Positions 11,705-17,594 of a DNA stretch of 17,594 nucleotides are shown piece by piece; positions within the stretch are counted from its first letter, which is position 1, and each line of letters opens with the position of its first letter. The position numbers and the translations under genes were made by a program. This DNA comes from Tubiluchus corallicola (Eukaryota; Animalia; Priapulida). The stretch is taken from positions 1 through 17,594 of the forward strand of contig JAQGDQ010002023.1 in assembly GCA_030141605.1 (NCBI GenBank), given 5' to 3'. Under the pieces are notes generated by a model that had not been told where the DNA came from, did no database searches, and saw only the letters and a program-made list of their open reading frames with translations.

Positions 11705-12186
11705 CCGTATTTTCCCATGTATAAGAGACCCTTGTGTATAAGAGACCCCTTCAATTTTTAGGCAAAAATTCTGGAAAAAAGTTTTTTGGTAATGAATGAC
11801 TTTATTCATCATAGAAATCATTAAATTCCTCATCACTCTCATCAAAAATATCAACTGGAGTCAGACCTTCAGCAATTCCAGCCAGTTCATCATCAGAGGA
11901 GTCACTCCGCTCAAAAATGGCATTGTCCTCTTTTGACATTTAAAAAAATAATAACTTACCCGGTACATTAATTTTATCATTAGAATTTAGCCATGGAGAA
12001 GATTTATTGAAAGGAAACTATAATTATTCGAAATAAAACAGTTGTAGAGCACTTATTTCTTTAAAATCATTAGTGTCACAATTTATGCATCTTATTGAAA
12101 AGACTTACTCCCATGTATAAGAGACCCCCTATTTTTAAAGTGAAAATTCTGAGCAAAAAAGGATCTCTTATACACGGGAAAATACG
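11705..12186 (-). mobile_element. Non-autonomous pogo/Tc2(Kanga)-like Tc1-mariner superfamily element, 482 bp
   Basis: TA TSD (11703-04, 12187-88). TIR cgtattttcccatgtataagagaccc (11706-11731) matches the reverse complement of 12161-12186 at 24/26; the right end lacks one terminal G. Subterminal tgtataagagaccc copies at ~11735 and ~12114. Confidence 0.9.
11802..11939 (-). pseudogene. Remnant of pogo-like transposase (acidic C-terminal tail)
   Basis: Reads MSKEDNAIFERSDSSDDELAGIAEGLTPVDIFDESDEEFNDFYDE* (45 aa). The ED...D/E-rich...EEFxxF ending resembles recalled pogo/Tc2 transposase C-termini, and it lies inside the TIRs. Confidence 0.65.
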
Positions 12187-12480
12187 TAATTCCTGCAGCA
12201 TTTGAATGCGCATAATTGTAATACGTGTTTATACTGAAAACATTGAAATTTACTAGACAGAATATTTTAGTTCGTTGAATGGTACAATAGGTTCACAACG
12301 TCCATAGGAATGGAGCTGCTTATCATAAATATTTAATGGTTAATCAAATAGACAAGCTTTTTAAACATTAAATTTCTCTCCATATTAGGCTGAGACAGGA
12401 CCAGAGGTCTCCTAATAACTTAACAGGTTTCTTTAAACTTCTACATAGTTTTCAATTGACATCTACGAAATAAAAATAAC

Positions 12481-12706
12481 ATGATGGCGGCAATGATGAT
12501 GACGATGATGATGATGGTGATGATGATGATGATGATGATGGTGGTGGTGCTGGTGATGGTGGTGATGATGATGACGATGATGGTGCTGGTGATGGTGGTG
12601 ATGATGATGATGATGATGGTGCTGGTGATGGTGATGATGGCGATGATGATGGTGGTGGTGCTGGTGATGGTGGTGATGATGATGATGGTGATGCTGATAC
12701 TGATGG

Positions 12707-12747
<41 letters not shown>

Positions 12748-12776
12748 CTGATGCTGATGCTGATGCTGATGGTGAA

Positions 12777-12830
<54 letters not shown>

Positions 12831-12838
12831 GATGATGA
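12481..12838. repeat. (ATG/GTG/CTG)n trinucleotide microsatellite
   Basis: Direct reading; source of ORFs 12441..12866 and 12481..12972. Confidence 0.97.
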
Positions 12839-13034
12839 ACAAAAAGTTGCTAATGATAGTGATCACGTGCGTATCATTGCACTCGTTCAGCGACTTGTCA
12901 TCATCATCATCGTCAGCACCATCAGTAGCAGCAGCGAAATGTCATTGGTTGATGTTATTTGACACCATTTGACATTTTACATTATTTGACATTTCATTGC
13001 ACGTTTTAACTAAATATCTTTATTAGGTACACAT

Positions 13035-13038
13035 AATA

Positions 13039-13096
<58 letters not shown>

Positions 13097-13107
13097 TGAT
13101 GATAATG

Positions 13108-13182
<75 letters not shown>

Positions 13183-13257
13183 GTAACAATGACAATGATA
13201 ATAACAATAACAATAACAATAACAATAACAATAATAATAACAACAACAATAATAATA
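13035..13257. repeat. (ATA)n / (ACAATA)n microsatellite
   Basis: Direct reading; source of three ORFs in 13006-13383. Confidence 0.97.
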
Positions 13258-13472
13258 AATTTGTTCTAAAATAGCGTGAAGCAAAGACGTCCATAAGATC
13301 TCTTGAACGGACAAGGACCTATTATTAAACTTCATCTTACTCAAGTCTTCTTGGCTTGCACGAGTCTCTGTCATTAAAGTCAATCAGAGCGTGCCATCAA
13401 CAAACAGGATTGCACAACGGCAACTATTTCTGTTGCCGTTAATTGCGCAAAGAGACGTTTTCGGGGCGTCTA

Positions 13473-13509
13473 ACCCATTGTTCTTCTAAGCAACCCATTG
13501 TTCTTCTAA
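13473..13509. repeat. Short direct repeat aacccattgttcttctaa x2
   Basis: Two adjacent 18-bp copies. Confidence 0.85.
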
Positions 13510-14149
13510 CCAGATAAAGGCGTGTGCCGTTGTCTATTGTTACGTGCCTTTGCATAAGAGTCATTGCTCCTGGCAAAGGCAGTTGATTAATGTAATCGTC
13601 TTAGTTTGGTAAGAGGTTCTTGTGGAGAAGAAAGAGACACCGGGGAGACTCCGTGAGCTGTAATCAACACCAACACGCGCGTTCTTAAGAGGAGCAAGGG
13701 TCACAGAACCCTAGTCTCAAAGAGGCTGTTAATTGTTGCATTGTCTAAGTGATACGGAGTTGACGGAAGACGAACCGGAACAATCCCGGAGTTTAAAGGG
13801 AGCACTCCTGGGTAACTTTAATGGAAGATTTGAAACAAGCAAGGTTCAGCGCCCTCTTTTGACAAACAGGGCTGCCAAAATGATGAGATATCTGGCATCT
13901 TGTGTTGTTGTTATAATCGATATAAATATTATTTAGTAAACTAATTTTTATACCTTTTATTGAATGTTAATACTGAACGCTGACGACAGCGTTGACGCAT
14001 TACGTAAATCGTGATGATTAACATCGTATGCCATCTAGCATACTAACATCATGAAAACAGAAATAACTAATTAAACTATGACTATGTTCAACAGGTTACT
14101 GAACACTTTATAATCATGATCACAGTTTTTCTTAGTTCTCGCTCCATTT

Positions 14150-14460
14150 CATCTTTCATTCACTACTCCCCCCCCCCACATTTATGTATACATTATCATT
14201 ATTTCAATTATTAATCACTTCTTTAAGTTTTCCACATACAGTTTGGCCTGTCAAGCTATGCTTTTAGGCTCAAACTGTATGCATCAAAATTACTCTGTAA
14301 TGTAATTTGCACTTGTATATGCTGCATAAGAATCTCTTTTGTAATTTCTGGATAATACTGCATTTATATTTATATTTACTTCAGTGAAATTATCTGTATT
14401 TTTATTATAACTGTTAGATGCAGTGTGGAAATAAATAAACTTGTAACTTATATAACTTTA
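14150..14460 (+). mobile_element. Probable 3' UTR/terminus of an L2/Crack/CR1-type LINE
   Basis: Stem-loop catacagtttg-gcct...aagctatgcttt...aggctcaaactgtatg (~14235-14281), complementary tttccaca / tgtggaaa, then AATAAATAAA and an (aactt)-type tail. Left boundary uncertain; no TSD seen. Confidence 0.55.
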
Positions 14461-14660
14461 TTTCAAAACACAAAGTCACGAAACCATTTTAGCATTAAGC
14501 ACCAACAAGAAGGGAGATCTTCGACCAGCTGAAATTACCATGTAATAGGCAAGCCAAAGGAATGTTAGCCGTAACATCTTGTCTAAATAATCTTAATTTA
14601 CCTGTGACAATAAGGAAAAGAGGGCACTTGCTGTACAAGCTGCTTTTCTCTCTGTTGTAA

Positions 14661-15256
14661 AAGTATCGACAAAAAGTCGAGTCATTTAAAACTTTAAAAT
14701 TCCCAATCATTGAAGCACGAAAAAGAATATTTTACTCTGCTTTTTATATTTAAATACGTTAACAACATCAGCAAACCGTTCCCAGAATAACAGATTTACC
14801 TTTTTTCCAAATCCTATCGTTAATTCCAGAACAAGCAATCTAAAACAAATTAGGACAAATACCCACTATGGAACGAACTCTGTAATCAAACAAGCAATTC
14901 TACTTTGGAATTCTCTACCATTACAGGTTAAACAAATCAAGTTCCTATCAGCATTTAAACCAAAATTAAAATCACTAATATTAACCAGATATGAAATACC
15001 ATCACACCAGTACGACAACATACACACAAATTCAGAATTTATATATCCACGACCATATTAATTAAATCATAGTTTTTTTCATTCTTTTGTGAATAGTTGT
15101 AAATATGTTTGATTTTATTCGTCATTACTGCACAGTAGTTTAGATTGCACTGACGCATTTGCCTTTAGCAGTGTAAGTTTTTATTAACTAACGCTGATTG
15201 ATCATCTCTGTAAAGTTTTTATCAGTGATTATCAATGTATTTTAATGGCAAATAAA
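14661..15256 (+). mobile_element. Decayed 5'-truncated L2/Crack/CR1-type LINE (ORF2 C-terminus plus 3' UTR)
   Basis: Frame +2 from 14852 reads RTNTHYGTNSVIKQAILLWNSLPLQVKQIKFLSAFKPKLKSLILTRY... to TAA at 15059-61 (LWNSLP...FK.KLK hallmark). Upstream frameshifted pieces read SFKTLKFPII and LLFIFKYVNN. The UTR ends ggcaAATAAA at 15256. Confidence 0.8.
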
Positions 15257-15328
15257 TCTTTATTTGCCATTAAAATACATTGATAATCACTGATAAAAAC
15301 TTTACAGAGATGATCAATCAGTGTTAGT
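15187..15328. repeat. Near-perfect palindrome, 70-bp arms with a 2-nt spacer
   Basis: 15187-15256 is the reverse complement of 15259-15328 at 69/70 positions (15193 G opposite 15322 T). Confidence 0.97.
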
Positions 15329-15329
15329 A

Positions 15330-15391
<62 letters not shown>
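15328..15391. repeat. (TA)n microsatellite
   Basis: Direct reading; abuts the palindrome. Confidence 0.95.
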
Positions 15392-15392
<1 letters not shown>

Positions 15393-15489
15393 TTAACGAC
15401 ATACATATATAGTTTGAAACGACAATTTCAAACTGGAAACAACGGCCAACATTGTCTACAATAAGTCTTCATAGTTTCGTTATGCTTGA

Positions 15490-16108
15490 CATGTAGGTAA
15501 CGCAAAACATCAGTTCAGTACATTTAGTTGTTTTACGTGGGCTTTACAAAATTATGCATTAGTCTGTGCACAGAGTGACTTACTATCAGGATCTTACTTG
15601 GGAACAAGAAAAATGAACTAGCTAGCTGTTAAAACTGTTACTATTACAATAGCAAGGGCTGCTTGTAAAACGGGTGAGTTCATATTGTGATTCGCATTCC
15701 TTTTACCACGTTATTTCCTTCGCGAATTGAGCTCAGCTTCCTCGCGAAGATTTGACGACGCAAAATGACAACTTTGAGCATTACAACAAAGCTGAAATGT
15801 AATGAACTAATAATAGTAATAGGCCTTTTCACAGTTTCGTTGTACGCACGCACAGTTACTGAAGGTCGAAACTTAAGTGTACCATAGCAACGCGTTTTGG
15901 CTACAACCGTCATGTCACATGTGGGTAAAGCAAAGCCGCCTGCAGCATCAGTCCAATTACTTGATTATTTTACATGGATTTTACTTAACTATGCATTAAT
16001 CTCTGGGTTTAGTGATTTAGTAGTAGAATCTTGCTTGGGAACAAAAAATATCTTAGATAAGGTTTAGTTAGCTGTTAAAACTGTTACTATTACAATAGCA
16101 TGGGCTGC
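15490..16108. repeat. Diverged direct duplication (~15490-15662 and ~15918-16108)
   Basis: Collinear shared blocks catgtrggtaa.gcaaa, catcagt, ttacrtgg, tatgcatta, cttgggaacaa and tagctgttaaaactgttactattacaatagca.gggctgc. Confidence 0.85.
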
Positions 16109-17249
16109 AAGGCATTGTCAAGTGTACAAAAATGCGTTGTCTGGTACACTTAACTTTTGACCTTTTCACGATCATCATCAATCCGTGGAACTGTGAAAGG
16201 GCTTGTTGGCCTAACAATTATACTAACATTGCGCACGAGAATAAAACAAACAATCACGAGCTCATTAAGAATTGCATAATTAATGAATACCGACCACGTG
16301 CTTCACCTGTAGGCTTACATCTCTTTGCATAACCCTATCAGTATCAATCTGTGAGCTGGAGGAGGCTTACAATGCAGACAGATGCTGGCGGCTGATAGCC
16401 CTGCTCGCACAATGGGCAGATGCGGCCACGCGTTGAAATTAATTTATGTCTAAGAATGTTATAACTTCTGGTGCCCGCGGATGTATCAGTAAAAAGTCCG
16501 GTTGTAAAATGTTCAGAGTTGGATGGTGCCTCCGGCGAATGCGTGAGCGAACTGTCAAGACGCTGAGGATCGCAGAGCTTCCAAGTCTTCCCCGACTGAC
16601 AGGAGGGAACGGTTCGATTAATAAAAATTCCAATTGGGTTCTGATTCGGGAAGATTGCACCTGCTGGCGTAGACGTGCGCGAATTAACGCCCACGCTTTT
16701 TAATAAAAATGAACCATACGTAATTACTGATGAATGGTGTACCTTCAAGCCATTATCAGAGTAACCAGGCTGAAGTAGATAATGCCGTAAACATTTAAGT
16801 TTAAATAATGCTTTAAATAATACTAAGATCATAATAACACTAACTAGCAAAGGTCCCGCAAAAAATTTTGCTTATTAATCCACTTATAATCAAAAATACG
16901 CAAACATCCTACATAGTCTTCATTTATAATGCAGAGCCAGTAGCAGCTTTTACTGAATTAAAGTTCTAAGGTTATAGACAGAATATAATGGATGACGTCA
17001 GAACAATGGCTTTGCGTCAGCAGTTTTTTTAAGCGAAAATTGCCGATAATAGAACATCTAATTAACTCGTCAGCACTCCTCTTGGTGGACGTGTTCTAAA
17101 ATGTAGCCCACATCATCGTGTAGCCCTGTTCTTCCTCTTCCCAAAGAGCTATATGTCTCATTCCAAGAGTCCCACCAGGCGCCGCTAGAACGTTTTTTCC
17201 GCATGCTGTTTGACCAAAATTTTGACAAAATCGCGATACCAAAACTATA

Positions 17250-17553
17250 GGTTTTACACGTCAAATGTAGATCTACGTTAAGTCAAATGTAGATTTAGGT
17301 AATTCAAATGTGTCTTGGTAACTCAAATGTAGACTTAGGTAGTTCAAATGTGTTAACAATGGTTTTCAAGAAATTTTAAGCGTTTTTGGTAAGTCAAATG
17401 TAGACACGTGTCAAGTCAAATGTCCAATGTCTACATTTGACTTACCTAAGTCACGTTTGAGTTACCAAAACACATTCGAAATTCCTATGTCTACATTTGA
17501 CTTACCTAAGTCACATTTGAACTTTCCTGTGTCTGCATTTGACGTGTAAAACC
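17250..17553. mobile_element. Foldback-type MITE with internal ~20-bp tandem repeats, superfamily unassigned
   Basis: TIR GGTTTTACACGTCAAATG (17250-17267) / CATTTGACGTGTAAAACC (17536-17553), flanked by TATA on both sides. TCAAATGTAGA-type units face forward in the left part and reverse (TCTACATTTGACTTACCTAAG) in the right part. Confidence 0.85.
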
Positions 17554-17594
17554 TATAATACTAGTCGAATTCTTCTGCAAGCAGACAAAGGTAG

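Noticed and set aside
12383-12417. Bulged hairpin tattagg..agac / gtctcctaata
   Set aside because: Short and imperfect; expected by chance in AT-rich DNA.
13416-13440. Hairpin AACGGCAAC-N7-GTTGCCGTT (similar GCCGTTTCCGT words at ~491 and ~553)
   Set aside because: A 9-bp stem is too short to call a terminator or MITE; no TSD or matching termini found.
13733-13936. Possible exon (DTELTEDEPEQSRSLKGALL)
   Set aside because: Weak acceptor and donor sites and no recognisable protein similarity.
16344-16850. 168-aa minus-strand ORF in non-repetitive sequence
   Set aside because: Non-ATG start, no recognisable domain, no convincing splice boundaries; cannot be supported as coding without homology or RNA data.
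17070-17264. 64-aa minus-strand ORF and CTCF-like word CCACCAGGCGCCGCTA (17172-17187)
   Set aside because: The ORF starts inside the foldback MITE and has no recognisable motif; the CTCF-like word mismatches core G positions and is a single unsupported hit.

Overview
AT-rich, microsatellite-dense eukaryotic non-coding DNA, most likely intronic or intergenic in an invertebrate animal (taxon not determinable here). I recognise no intact protein-coding or RNA gene; the long ORFs in the track are translations of simple repeats. Mobile elements: a hAT/Charlie-type MITE (2968-3433); a 5'-truncated CR1-group LINE with an 11-bp TSD and a composite 3' end (7484-8299); a pogo/Tc2-type deletion derivative keeping an in-frame 'MSK + acidic tail' mini-ORF (11705-12186); two L2/Crack/CR1-type LINE 3' remnants (~14150-14460, ~14661-15256), the second ending in a 70-bp-arm palindrome; and an unclassified foldback MITE (17250-17553). 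There are also several tandem duplications and a few CpG-containing unique islands, one with two candidate frame-preserving microexons on the minus strand. I see no convincing new biological system; the best leads are unusual transposon architectures and the microexon candidates. All family assignments come from recalled motifs, not database searches.
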